From Eledone cirrhosa (lineage: Eukaryota): 64,000 nt of DNA. The DNA is taken from positions 321,036,001 to 321,100,000 of the forward strand of contig OZ024740.1 of NCBI GenBank assembly GCA_964016885.1, in the 5' to 3' direction. Position numbers and translations under genes: made by a program. Under the pieces are notes generated by a model that searched no databases, was not told the origin of the DNA, and saw nothing but the letters and a program-made list of their open reading frames with translations. Positions 1 to 12,202 of this stretch are shown here, piece by piece. Each line of letters opens with the position of its first letter. Position 1 is the stretch's first letter.

Positions 1-8
1 TATATATA

Positions 9-82
<74 letters not shown>

Positions 83-200
83 CATATATATATATACATA
101 TATATATATATACATATATAGGCATATATATATATACATATATATATATATACATATATAGGCATATATATATATACATATATACATATATACATATATA

Positions 201-234
<34 letters not shown>

Positions 235-504
235 CATATATATATATAGGCATATATATATAGGCATATATATATATATATATAGGCATATATATATATA
301 TATAGGCATATATATATATATATATATATAGGCATATATATATATATATATATATAGGCATATATATATATATATATAGGCATATATATATATATATATA
401 TATAGGCATATATATATATATATATATATATAGGCATATATATATATATATATATATATAGGCATATATATATATATATATATATATAGGCATATATATA
501 TATA

Positions 505-538
<34 letters not shown>

Positions 539-566
539 CATATATATATATATATATATATATATA

Positions 567-625
<59 letters not shown>
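1..625. repeat. (TA)n microsatellite punctuated by GGCA, a compound [(TA)n-GGCA] array
   Basis: Directly visible: TA runs of variable length separated by ggca. Confidence 0.97.
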
Positions 626-627
<2 letters not shown>

Positions 628-649
628 GTCTGTCAACTTCTTATATATA

Positions 650-1037
650 CTAGCAGAAAAACCACCCTATGGGTGGTTTTCTGCTAGCATGTGTAGTGTG
701 TATATTGATATTATACACAAATATATATGCATGTAAATATGATACATCAAATAAAATCCTAATTGACAATATACACAGAAATTCAACAAAGTCTATGTTA
801 CACTGTCTTAGGTAATCAGTAAACCGTGATATAGTAAAAAAAAAAGACGACATTATATATAAACTGCATTAGGAGAAAATTAACGACGGAAATATATGCG
901 ATTATAAGTGTTATAATATAACGACCACTAACCGGAAGTGTTGACATTTCATAATTTTAAAGATCTTATTTTACAAACGGGGTAAAAAAATATATTCTGG
1001 ACGCAGTCCCGCACTCCTTTCTTTATTATAGTTAAGA
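650..1037 (-). mobile_element. Non-autonomous Helitron-like element, family A, copy 1
   Basis: The minus strand starts TCTTAACTATAATAAAG after an A and ends in a palindromic terminus with CTAG followed by T. There is no TSD. A homologous copy at 13660-14419 has the same termini. Confidence 0.75.
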
Positions 1038-1050
1038 TATATATATATAT

Positions 1051-1837
1051 ATATGAAAAAGTGAGTCCTTCATCAGTGACCCTCCAACCGTCCTCGGCAT
1101 TTCATCGCTTTAAGGGCCATATGCCTCAGGTTGGTGCGAACAACGGCTAAAAAAAGTCGTTGGGACACGTAAACAAAGGGGGACGCTAGAGTAACAACAA
1201 AAAAGTTTAAGCAACGGAAAGTGAGTAGAAATAGACAAGTCCCAGATCTCTATGAATATAAACTCTGTGAAATCGTGAACAAGAGACGAAAGACCATCAA
1301 ACCTGGTTGAAATGTGAGCAAGGAAAGAATTTCGCCCAAGTTTGACGGGGGGGAAAAAAGAGAGAGAGAGAGAGAAAGGAGAGAAGAGGAAGAAGAAGAA
1401 GAAGAAGATAAAGGGGTCTGGTCTACGAATTCGGTAAACGCAAGTTTTGTGAAGTCGCAGACGAAAGAGAGAGAGAAAAAAATTCCATACCAGCTCGGTT
1501 AAGACCGCGCGAGAAAAGAATTACACACAGGTCAAACTTGAAGGAGGAGGAGGAAAGAGGAGGAGGAGAGGTAGTGACAGAGAATGAGTGAGTGAAAGTT
1601 GAGGAGAGGGTAACAGAGAGAGAGACTGCTAGAAGTGGTAAAGATACAAGGAACGAAACAGACGAAGGCAGCATGGAAAAAATATATGTGTAAATATGAT
1701 AATAATGGAGCTGCGGCGTTGCAAATGGGATACATATGAAAAAGTGAGTCCTTCATCAGTGACCCTCCAACCGTCCTCGGCGTGAAGGACTCACTTTTTC
1801 ATATGTATCCCATTTGCAACGCCGCAGCTCCATTATT

Positions 1838-1844
<7 letters not shown>
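1051..1844. mobile_element. Fold-back element in (TA)n with a direct repeat and terminal hairpin; probable Penelope-like pseudo-LTR fragment
   Basis: 48-bp direct repeat (1051-1098 = 1734-1781). Perfect 62-bp inverted arms at 1694-1755 and 1783-1844. TA tracts on both sides. Confidence 0.55.
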
Positions 1845-1875
<31 letters not shown>

Positions 1876-2094
1876 CATCATCATCATTTTTTACATTGAC
1901 TTACTGAAGAGGTCACAGAATGTGTGACGAAAGAGTTTTGACAATATATAAACCTTCTGGTTATCGAACCAACCAGCCAACCGGAAACTTATAAAATAAA
2001 TTTAAGTGAAAACCAACAGGTGCGTGTGTTTTTATTGGCAACATGACCCTACCAAAGTATAACTATATATATATATATATAATCATAATCATGT

Positions 2095-2417
2095 TTGGCT
2101 TAGTGGTTAGAGCATTGGGGAGGTTGTGAGTTTGATTCTCAGACCAGGTGATGCATTGTGTCCTTGAGCAAGACATTTTATTTCACATTGTTCTAGTTTA
2201 TTTAGCTGTAGAAATAGGTTGCAATATCACTGGTGCCAAGCTGTAATGGCCATTGCCTTTCCTTTGGACAACATTGATGGTATGGCTAGGGGAGACCAGT
2301 ATGCATGGGCAACTGCGAGTCTTCCACAAACAACCTTTCCCGGACTTCTACCTAGAAAGTTCCCCTCCGAGGCACAAATCCTATGGTTATTCATGACTGA
2401 AGCGAGTCTTTACCTTT

Positions 2418-2420
<3 letters not shown>
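2095..2420 (+). mobile_element. tRNA-derived SINE (TCCTTGAGCAAGACA family)
   Basis: A-box-like TGGCTTAGTGG, B-box-like GTTTGATTC and the central motif GTGTCCTTGAGCAAGACA. Relatives at ~10962, 36560, 41460 (-), 44356 and 46400. Boundaries approximate. Confidence 0.7.
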
Positions 2421-2452
<32 letters not shown>

Positions 2453-2455
<3 letters not shown>

Positions 2456-3720
2456 GGTGTGGACGATATTTGTTCGCAATTTTCAACTGCTAATTTTATG
2501 CAAATTTTTTTTTACTTCCATTGTCACTCTTGTCTTCATAAAAACACTGACTACATTTCCATTATTTATTTTCAGAATAATTGATTATGAATAATTTTGA
2601 ACCTCCAAATTTGTGGAAGAGACACAGAGTTCTTCTTGGAATCCGCGCCGGAGGACAAATAAGGAAATTTCAGACTTTCTCAGCGTCAGCAGGAGAATGG
2701 TGGAAAAGGTCAGAAAGGAATTGGAAGATTCGGGATTCGACTATGAAGCAACATCAGAGAGGAAAACACATGATCGACGATCTGACGCCTTCAGAACGCC
2801 CGATTTCGTCGCTGAAGTTCAGGATATCAACAATGAACCTAGCAAGTCAATGCGTGCGATTGCAAGGGAAGGCGTGGATGAAAAGCTCATTAGGCGGGTG
2901 GTACATGAAGACATTCGCTACGTCTCATACAAGATGAGGAAAGGACAATTTCTGTCAAAGGCAATGCAAGAAAAGCAACTGAAGCACACAAAGAAGCTGA
3001 TCAACAAGTTGAAACACCCACTGGAGCCAGACATGCTGTGGTTTTTCTCCGATGAGAAAAACTTCTGCCAAGACAAGAAGATCAACTCCCAGAACAACAG
3101 GTGGCTCGCTGTCTCATCCAAAGATGTGCCCAGAGTCATGCAGACAAAGTTTCCAGCGACAAGATTGGTCTTAGGTGTCGTCAGCAGTCAAGGTGACGTC
3201 ATGCCACCTACCTTCTTCCCTGAGGGCCTCAAGCTAAACACCGATGGCTACATTCGCGTTCTGAGCGAGGTAGTAAAGCCCTGGATCGACCAGGTAGCTG
3301 CAGGTAGGCCGTACGTGTGGCAGCAAGACTCAGCGCCCTGCCATACCAGCCGAAAGACCCAAGTGTGGCTGTCAGAGAACTTCGTCAACCACAATTCACC
3401 TGACATCTGGCCTCCCAGCTCGCCTAACTGCAATCCCCTCGACTTCTTTGTGTGGGGCGCAGTGGAACGAGACACCAACAGATCTAGCTGCAATACGAAA
3501 GATGATCTGAAGGCCAGGATCACAAGTGCCTTTAGGGGCCTAAGTCGGGGGACAGTGATGAGGCCGTCATCAAAGCCAATGGCGGGTTTATCGAGTGAGA
3601 TCGAAAGAACAAGTCATGAAGACAAACTGACCCAAGTTTGATAAATATTTCTTAAAAAATAAAACTACTGTTATTTTTTCCTAGACAGTAATCTTGCGAA
3701 CAAATATCGTCCGCACCCTG
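2453..3720 (+). mobile_element. Full-length Tc1/mariner-superfamily transposon, DD37D (maT) type
   Basis: 27-bp TIRs (CAGGGTGTGGACGATATTTGTTCGCAA, 1 mismatch) and TA target duplication at 2451-52 and 3721-22. Internal transposase. Confidence 0.95.
2587..3598 (+). pseudogene. DD37D transposase, frameshifted near both ends
   Basis: Motifs FFSDEKNF, WQQDSAPCH and SPNCNPLD, with 37 residues between D2 and D3. The N-terminus MNNFEPP...GIRAG is in another frame (shift ~2652). The typical C-terminus EAVIKANGGFIE* is also out of frame with the 342-aa ORF. Confidence 0.9.
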
Positions 3721-3725
3721 TATAC

Positions 3726-4046
3726 CAGGGGCGAAGGGTGCGTGCATGCGTTATAGAATCTTGAGTTGATCAATTGCGTCGGTTGAAGCAAGCAGAATTT
3801 TGGCTGCTTACTAAATCGTAGACACATAAAAAGATAACACACATAGACACAACAGCATTGGTTGAAGCAAGCAGAATTTTGGCTGTTTGTTAAATCGTAG
3901 ACACATAAAAAGATAACACTACATGTGGCTTTGACCGGGAGGGTCATTTAAAGGGAATTGGGGGGGGGGGTAAGGCTGCACAGCCCCACTTTCCGCCATG
4001 ACGATTGGACTGCATGCTCTGCTTTCCAGGTTACCCTTCGCCACTG
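3726..4046. mobile_element. hAT-like MITE
   Basis: 14-bp TIRs CAGGGGCGAAGGGT / ACCCTTCGCCACTG (1 mismatch). Probable 8-bp TSD atatatac/atatatat once the adjacent maT is removed. Internal direct repeat with ~79-bp period. Confidence 0.65.
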
Positions 4047-4374
4047 ATATATATATACTATATAAAAGTGAAGATTTTTTAATGATAAACTTAAATAAAT
4101 CATTTTTATCCATGTGAAATATGTCAGTTTTAGCATAGTGGTCTAGGAAGTTGTCCAATCTATATCAAATACAAGGTTCGATTCCTGCAAATGGTACCAT
4201 CATATTTTTGTCATAATTCATGCATATGAAAATACACTTTAAATATATAGGGGTATTTATATCTAATCTTCCATGCTAGACTCACACACATTTCTCTGAC
4301 ACACACACCTCTCACATTCTATTTTCTCTCACACCACTCTCTATCATACACACCAGACACTTTCACACACATTC

Positions 4375-4407
<33 letters not shown>

Positions 4408-5630
4408 ACACATCAATCACTTTGTCTTCCATTATAACCCTCCCTCTCCTCAACAATTGTCATTCATCTGTAAGCTGTGATTTAGTACAATATCAACAGG
4501 AACAGCAATAAATAAATAAAGACTCAGACAGGGCTAGTGTAGTAGATATTTCTAGTTACATAGCTTGACCTATATAACCTACACCATCACCACCACCACT
4601 GTTACCTCCACCACCACCACCTCAGCTGTCCTTACCACAACCACAACTGTCACCAACACCATCACCACCACCATACAACACTCACCACTACCACCACCAT
4701 AACCACCTCTACCACCCACAACCACCATCATTACCTAGAAAGAATCTCAGTCTTGACTCAGTCATTTAATAGCAAGTCTACTTAACTACAACACTAACAC
4801 CTCAATCAACATCCTCATTTAAATGGCTGTCTTTACTTTGCTGGCATGGGATAAACAGATTGTCACAGACCAAATGAACTTAAAGTCACTGTCCTCCCAG
4901 ATGGACAGGGTATGGCAGAAAGGGAACCTTATCTCATTTACTGATTGCTCAGCTGGATTGGGGGCATGCATCACACACATGTTCCTTGCACTATACAAAA
5001 TGTTTGGACAGACTTGAGGCCCACATCATGCTTACATACATTCCTGTGCTCTACCAAACACAGAAGCACTACAGAGGTTGTCATATCTTTGCTACAACTA
5101 AAGAGTCCTGTCTCTTTGACATGTTTTCTACAGCTGGATGTTCTTCCTATCACCAACCACTTTACAGAGTGTACTGGGTGTGTTTATTGGGTAGATCACC
5201 AAATCTATGGAGATTGTCATGTCCTTGACACAACTGAGGAATACTCACGACCCTTTGTTTGGCATGGTATCCACAGCCAGGTGCTCTGCTTATCACTAAC
5301 CAATGTAATGAGTAATCATCATCAGGTTTCTCATCCATTTTCCTATGCTGGCATGAGTTGGGAGAGACCTGCTACATGTAAAATTCTACAACCAAATGCC
5401 CTTCCTGATGCTAACTCCATTTTTATTTTAAAGCACGGTACAGATCTTCCCATACCTAACAACTGAGTAGTGAGATCTCTTTTTACAGGGAATATTAACA
5501 AATATTTAATACTTGTGGACCTGATCTATCATTGGTGACTGCAATAGCAGTGAATGAATTTAATTTTTGATGTCAAAGATTGGTATGCCATATATACCAA
5601 GATTATATATATATATATCCACCACCACCA

Positions 5631-5702
<72 letters not shown>

Positions 5703-5753
5703 AAGAGAGAGCATCATCATCATCAAGTGTCGTTTTAACGTCTGCTTTCACTG

Positions 5754-5808
<55 letters not shown>

Positions 5809-5812
5809 AGTA

Positions 5813-5859
5813 AATATCACTGATGAAGAATATAAATTCTGAAACAGCTGTCTGACATT
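5813..5859 (+). ncRNA. Minimal type-I hammerhead ribozyme motif
   Basis: aatatca-CTGATGA-agaat(ataa)attct-GAAA-cagctg-TC-tgacatt. Core complete, 5-bp stem II, palindromic stem III ACAGCTGT, GUC site, stem I 6/7 bp. Confidence 0.8.
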
Positions 5860-6011
5860 CTCACATGCTATTAAGACAACTGTGACATATAATCATAGCT
5901 TAAAACATTTGTATAGCAAGACATTCATATGTTTTTTATACATAAACATTTTGTATATGCTTTCATATACACTTATATCATGAACCATGCTATGTTAGTG
6001 TTACTGCTAAT

Positions 6012-6475
6012 ATCATCATCATTTTTACATCCATTTTTTCCACGCATGGGTTGGACAGGTCCTTTTCAGAACAGCATCTATCCACTCACCACATTCCTTT
6101 GTCATCTACTCTGTGTGTTTCAGCAATTTGAGATCAGCTCTCACCACCTCCACCCAGGTCTACCTTGGTCTACCTCTAGTGCAGCTTCCTTCCACTGGGA
6201 TTTCCTGGCACTTATTCAGAGAGCAATCATCATCCATGCACATCACATGTCCATGCCAATGCAGTCGTCTCTCTTTCATATCATGTTGGATTCCTCTTAA
6301 ACCCAGTTTCTCCCTCAGTTCATCCAAGCTCTGCCTTTCTCTCACATTTACATTGCACACCCAATGAAGCATGGTTACTTCATTTCTCTCCAGTCTACAC
6401 ATATCCTCTGCAATCACTACCTATGTTTCACTACCATGCATCATTGTACTTCGCACACAGGCGTCGTACAGTCGT
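6012..6475 (-). mobile_element. RTE-clade LINE 3' fragment
   Basis: ORF 6160-6417 reads RLERNE..MLHWVCNV..ELREKLG..RLHWHGHV..EG..RGRP. (GAT)n tail. Homologous to 52811-53330. Confidence 0.85.
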
Positions 6476-6516
6476 CATCAATTATCATTGAACCATAACC
6501 ACTAGAATGTATACTC

Positions 6517-7170
6517 ATCATCATCATCATCGTTTAACGTCTATCTTCCATGCTAGCATGGGTTAGACGGGAAGTGTCCCACTTGAGGCAAGATTGGTCG
6601 GGTGACCGTGTCTCGCTCGTATAGGAATGTATCTGGCAGGTTTTCTATGGCTGGATGCCCTTCCTAACACCAACCACATTTACAGCGTAGACTGGGTGCT
6701 TTTTGTTGTGACACCTACACGACCACTTTACAGTGTGGACTGGATGTTCTGTGGTACCAACATAACTTTACAGAGAGAGGGTGGTGTGGAAGGATGGAGT
6801 AGGGGTAGTGGGGTGGGTGTGTATATTTGGTTAAGAGGTGCCTACTGACTGTGGGTTTAACTTCGTACGTAAGGGAAGGCGGGTCTTCTTTATTACTGCA
6901 TAGCGCCAAAGGTCTCGATCCAGTGACATTGTCTTAGAGAGGTGTAAGTATGCAAGGTCAGATTTTATCATGTCGTCCCAGGTTTTTCTGGGTCTATCTA
7001 CTCCATAGCTTCCATCAATTTTTTATAAAGCTGTCGTATTTCATGCGCATTAAATGACCATACCAACGTAATCTCTCAAGTAAACTTCATCTGATCCCTC
7101 TTATTCCTAATTTCTCATTTAGTTCGTTTGTTTTGCCGTTCGTGTATAGTACTATAAAACATCCAATGGA
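6517..7170 (-). mobile_element. RTE-related SINE/non-autonomous retroelement with a (GAT)n tail
   Basis: About 480 bp colinear with 49352-49850. Carries the GGCTGGATGCCCTTCCTAAC motif found in many copies in this window. RTE-like coding remnant at ~7020-7170. Confidence 0.75.
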
Positions 7171-8969
7171 GCATATGGATAATAATTTCTTTTGGCATAA
7201 ATATATTTCTGTCAATCAATTAATTATACAGATAAATATATATATATATATCCCTCAATTATTAATAGTTTAATTGTTATGGATTGTTAATTCAATCCAT
7301 AACATTAATCAGTATGAGACACATTCTGATGGATGATTATAATAATGAGCTATTGATTTCAGTAAAGTTCAACAATGTCAGCATTCTAGTGAACATCCTA
7401 GACACCGTGACTCAAAATATAAAAAGGTTAGCCACTGTATAGAATATTGATTCAATTATTGTTTACAGTGGCTACCTCTTTCACATTGGACTTCTCAGTC
7501 TACTCAGCAACGGACTGGAAGCTATAAGCTAACATCATCATCGTCATCAATTTATAAGTAGTGTAAAGCAGAAGGTAAGCTTCTGGTGAGAAGTGTTTGT
7601 AAACTGGCTTCAATTCAACATGTTCTCCTTCATTTACATTAATGTTCTCAAGAATAGTATTATTCTCCTTACCTCCTCCAGCCTCAGAAGTCTTAAGGTG
7701 CCCCTAGCACAGTTTAATAAAAAATCCATTTAGTGACACACTATAACATGTCATAGGTAGCAAAATGGCCGAGTCATTAGGTCATTGGATAGAATACTTT
7801 ATCGTATTCATTCTGGCTCCCTGCACTTTCTGAGTTAAACCCTGCTCAGGTCAATTTTGCCTTCCATCCCATCAAGGTCAGTAAAAATAGTACCAGTCCA
7901 GTACTGGGTTCAATACTTCCTCCATATCTTTCTCACTTCCTCTATATCATGATAGTCATCCTATGGCTCCATCAGGAGTTATGGATCCATACATAACATG
8001 TCAGTGAACGGAGCATGTGATGTGATGAAATATTAAACAAACACATAAATATCTTTGTATATATTTCATGTTGTAGGATGTCTGTTGTGTAAAACACATT
8101 ATATATTAGACATTGGCAGATATTGTGAATCTTTTGTCAGCTAGTCTGAAGTCATAAAATATAGACAGTTGTTTGAATACTTATGAGCAGTTCATAGCTC
8201 CAGTAAGTTGGATAGGTAAATATATGATATATGAAGCTGGTAAATATATACTATCAAACAGTAGCAACAGATATATAATACCAGATGTCATCACATGTGT
8301 AAAGAAATAAAATCTGTCTCATATCAAATAGATCAAACACATAAATGGAAGTTGTCTCATGTCATCAAATATACAAAGAGATCTTGTGGAAGGAACCATA
8401 CAGTGTTACTTGGTAGGAATTAGATATTTCATGACATCAAATAATTGATATCTCATAACTAGAAACATGTAATTTTTCATAACAAATATATAATGAAATA
8501 GGGTTCCTCTGAACAATCTTTGGAGTAATGTTAATTGATAGAGAGTGTAGCTCAGAGATCAGAGAGTCACTCCAAGTAGAGCCTCTACTTCTCCAAATTG
8601 AGAGACCAAAGCTCCAATATGATGGGCATGTGGTTAGAATGGCTTAGGAATTAATTGCAGGACAAACTTTATGTGCAAAACCAACTGGCAGGAGACCCAA
8701 GGGTAGACCCCGAGAAAGATGGTTGGATAACATACATGAGCTCAGCTGATCTTGCTTGGGGATCCAGCCAGATCAATTGGAGATGGTTGCTTCTAACAGG
8801 GCCCACTGGAAGGAATGTTTGAGGACTGCCTCCCATGACCCTTCCAAGAAGAAGAATGAACTCAATGTAAAGGTTTATAACATTACTTTCTTCAGATCAA
8901 TATTACAGATGATTGTCCTACACTCATCCCTGTCCTGAGCCCTCTTTTTCAATTACCCACAGTTCTAGG

Positions 8970-9375
8970 ATAAAACACACCCAGTACACTCTGTAAAGTG
9001 GTAGTGCTGGTGTCACAATAAAACATACCCAATACACTCTGTAAAGTGAATGTGTCGATGCCACAATAAAACAACCCAGGACTTTCTATAAAAAAGTAGT
9101 GCTGGCGCCACAATAGAACACCCAATACACTCTGTAAAATGGTAGCGCTGGTGCCACAATAAAACACACCCAATACACAGTAAAATGGAATTGTCAGTGC
9201 CACAATAAAACACACTCAGCATGCTCTGTAAAATAGTAGTGTATGTGTCAGGAGGAAACACATTCAATATCATCTGTAAAGAGCTAGTGTAGGCACCACA
9301 ATAAAATGCACTCAGTACACTATTAAGTTCTAGTGTAGATACCATGATAAAATGCACCCTGTACATCCTGTAAGG
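8970..9375 (+). repeat. ~43-bp tandem array (about 9 units) within a SINE
   Basis: Unit ctctgtaaa.tggtag.gctggtgccacaataaaacacacccagtaca, followed by the SINE tail. Confidence 0.85.
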
Positions 9376-9541
9376 TGGTTGGTGTTAGGAAGTGCATTCA
9401 ACCATAAAATCCAAGCCAAAATATGGAATGTATGAGCATGACATGGTATTTGAACCAAGTATTACAATGTGACAACCTATCCAACTCATATCAGCGAAGA
9501 AAACAGATGTAAAATCATGATGTTTTAAACATAACAGTTTA

Positions 9542-9867
9542 CAAGGGTCGAGTGAAAAGTTCATTGGATGACCAAGATACTCTCATGGAATGACCAAATG
9601 AAGTTTATTTTTCAACATAGTCTCTGGAAAGAAACAATGCCGTTATTAATATGAAAAGTTTGAAATTAATGCATGCAAGATTTCACAGCTCTAGCATCAC
9701 TCCTTCATAGTCAGCCTATGACCTACTCTCATGGAATGACCAAATGAGGTTTAGTTTTCAACATAGTTTTGGGAAAGAAACAATGCAGTTATCAATAAGA
9801 AGTTGAAATTAATGTATGCAAGATTTCACAGCTCTAGCATCACTCCTTCATAGTCAGCCTACCCTCA
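9542..9867. mobile_element. Mariner-like MITE with an internal ~140-bp duplication
   Basis: Starts ta|CAAGGGTCGAGTGAAAAGTTCAT. Homologous in inverted orientation to 21768-21965. Segment 9578-9720 is repeated at 9725-9860. Confidence 0.7.
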
Positions 9868-10337
9868 TATACGAGGAATAAAACAGCAAATTAGAGTTAA
9901 TGAAGCTACATAATATTATTCAGTAAATTTTGCAGCAGTTATAAATATGAGACAACTGGGCTGTATTATATGTTAAAAACTACTGCACTAAGTCTTTCAA
10001 AAATTATGAAAGTAAACTTTGCAAATTAATATTCATGTTGTTTAGCTGCAGGCAATATATGTTATTTCTCCATCAAGCAGACTTTAAGTAGATACTAGAC
10101 TTCACATTTGGCTGATTATGGCTGAGAAGAGCAGCCATCTGTAACAAAATTAATACTGGATTTCATAATTCAGACAAATATATCATGTATTTAGAAATAT
10201 CCTAATTCTGATGACATCATCATCATCATTTTACACCTGTTTACTATGCTGGAATCAGTTAGATAAGGTTGTTATGGCCTAATTTACTTTGAAATTTATG
10301 AGTTTTCCTAACTGTGATCCTACTCCCTTCTTTATTG

Positions 10338-10552
10338 CAGAGCATGCCTTCCCATTTTCCCATTACAGAGCATACTATTCCATTACAGAGTATGCGTTCC
10401 CATTACAGAGCATGCCTTCCCATTACAGAGAATGCCTTCCCATTAAAGAGAATGCCTTCCCATTAAAGAGAATGCCTTCCCATTAAAGAGAATGTCTTCT
10501 CATTACGAAGCATGCCTCCCCATTACAAAGCTTGCCTTCCCATTAAAGAAAA
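10338..10552 (+). repeat. 21-bp minisatellite (cccattacagagcatgcctt-like, about 10 units)
   Basis: Directly visible tandem units. Confidence 0.9.
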
Positions 10553-11497
10553 TGACTGTAAGCAATAAAAGAATACAAAACACAGGAAAATAGTGCGTTA
10601 GTAAACAAATTGTAGGTGTATAAATCTTTTAGCATCTTTAATGCCTCTCTAAGATCCAGTTTAAGAAAGTTAGGTCTAAGTCTAATAGTTTGTGGTGGTA
10701 TCTCATAGTTAATGTTAATATTTGTCTATCTTCTAGGATTAGCTTTATTTCTCATAAACTTTGGACAAATTAATGCGATTAAGACAGATTAGATTGCTTA
10801 ATATCAGATTAAAGGTTGAAATGGAAATATTTAAACTCAATTGTTAACTGGTAAAATAACGGATGCTACTGCCGCCACGCCCTTTGAAAAACTTGATCTA
10901 TACATATATTTATTTATTTATATATATATATATATTTATATAAATATATATATATATATTATGGAGGCACATGGCTTAGTGGTTAGAGCATTGGCCTTGC
11001 AATCGAAAGGTTGTGAGTTCAATTCTCAGACTGGGTGATGTGTTGTTTCCTTGAGCAAGACACTTTATTTCACATCGCTCCAGTTTACTCAGCTGTAGAA
11101 ATGAGATGATAGGGACTGGGATCCCTATCATTCCACTGCAAAGTGGTCGTAGAGGTGCCACGGCAAAAAAAAAAGCACCCAGCACTCACTGTAAATGAGG
11201 TTGGTGTTAGGAAGGGCATCCAGCTGTAGAAATCAAGCCAGAATCAGTTCCCGTCCCACCCTTGCAAGCAGGGAAAAAGTGGACGTAAAATGAAATGATG
11301 ATATATATATTTATATAAATATATATATAAACAAACATATATATATATAAATAAACATATATATATATATAAATAAACATAGATATATATATATAAATAA
11401 ACATATACCAAAGATTAATATGGTTCATTGATTACTCAATGAATAGTTTTACAATAGATTAAAAGCACTCTACAGTGAAGTTTTCTGGAGTTATTAA

Positions 11498-11613
11498 TAT
11501 TATTCAGAATATTAATAAATGAAGACATTCACATAATCAAAATATATGTTTTATTATTAAAACATATATTTTGATTATGTGAATGTCTTCATTTATTAAT
11601 ATTCTGAATAATA
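11498..11613. repeat. Perfect palindrome with 56-bp arms and a 4-nt spacer
   Basis: 11498-11553 is the exact reverse complement of 11558-11613. Confidence 0.9.
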
Positions 11614-12202
11614 AAAATAAATAAACATATATATATATATAACATATAAATAATGTTTATCAATACTGTATGTGGTACCAATACAAAGAGTAGGTCTTAA
11701 TCAATATGATAAACCTGGCTGCAGTATCGATCTGCTTGTCATAGTTTAAAAGTATTTGTACCTAGATAGATCGGATGCCTCTGAGATAGAAATATTTTGA
11801 TTCAAGTCTACAAGTCTACAACCAGATTGATGGTTGGAGCGAGGTCTATCATATAAATTAAAACCTAGGTAATATCGGTAGGGAGTTAGACCCCATGCTT
11901 TGCAGCATGGAGTTACGGCCCTTTACGCTCTGACGTTAACTTTGCCTTTCATCCTTACGGGGTCGATAAAATATAGTACCAGTAATGCACAGAGGTAATT
12001 GCTGGCCTTGTGCCAAAAGTAGAAACAATTATTAAATAACCTACATGTATATATATATATACATAGCTGTATAGAGCTATGTTGAAGCTAAATTTTAATT
12101 CTACTTTTAAGTTGAGCCAATTTATACAGCTTCATATGCAAATGTGGCTAATCAGTTCACCTAAACAGGTGAAAATACTATATATTCTCGCCTGTTCTCA
12201 AG

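Noticed and set aside
1895-1947. Hammerhead-like CTGAAGA-g-gtcaca..tgtgac-GAAA
   Set aside because: Stem II is good, but stem III, the cleavage triplet (UUU) and stem I are poor. Kept only as a degenerate example, not as a feature.
4823-5466. 173-aa ORF and overlapping ORFs
   Set aside because: They overlap SINE-derived sequence, with no splice or homology support.
5529-5842. ORFs rich in ER, YI, SL or H repeats here and at ~1314, 16023, 22143, 30330, 37298 and 48784
   Set aside because: They are translations of microsatellites.
7500-7705. Possible minus-strand exon (GHLKTSEAGGGKENN...)
   Set aside because: No recognisable homology, and several conflicting splice and frame choices.
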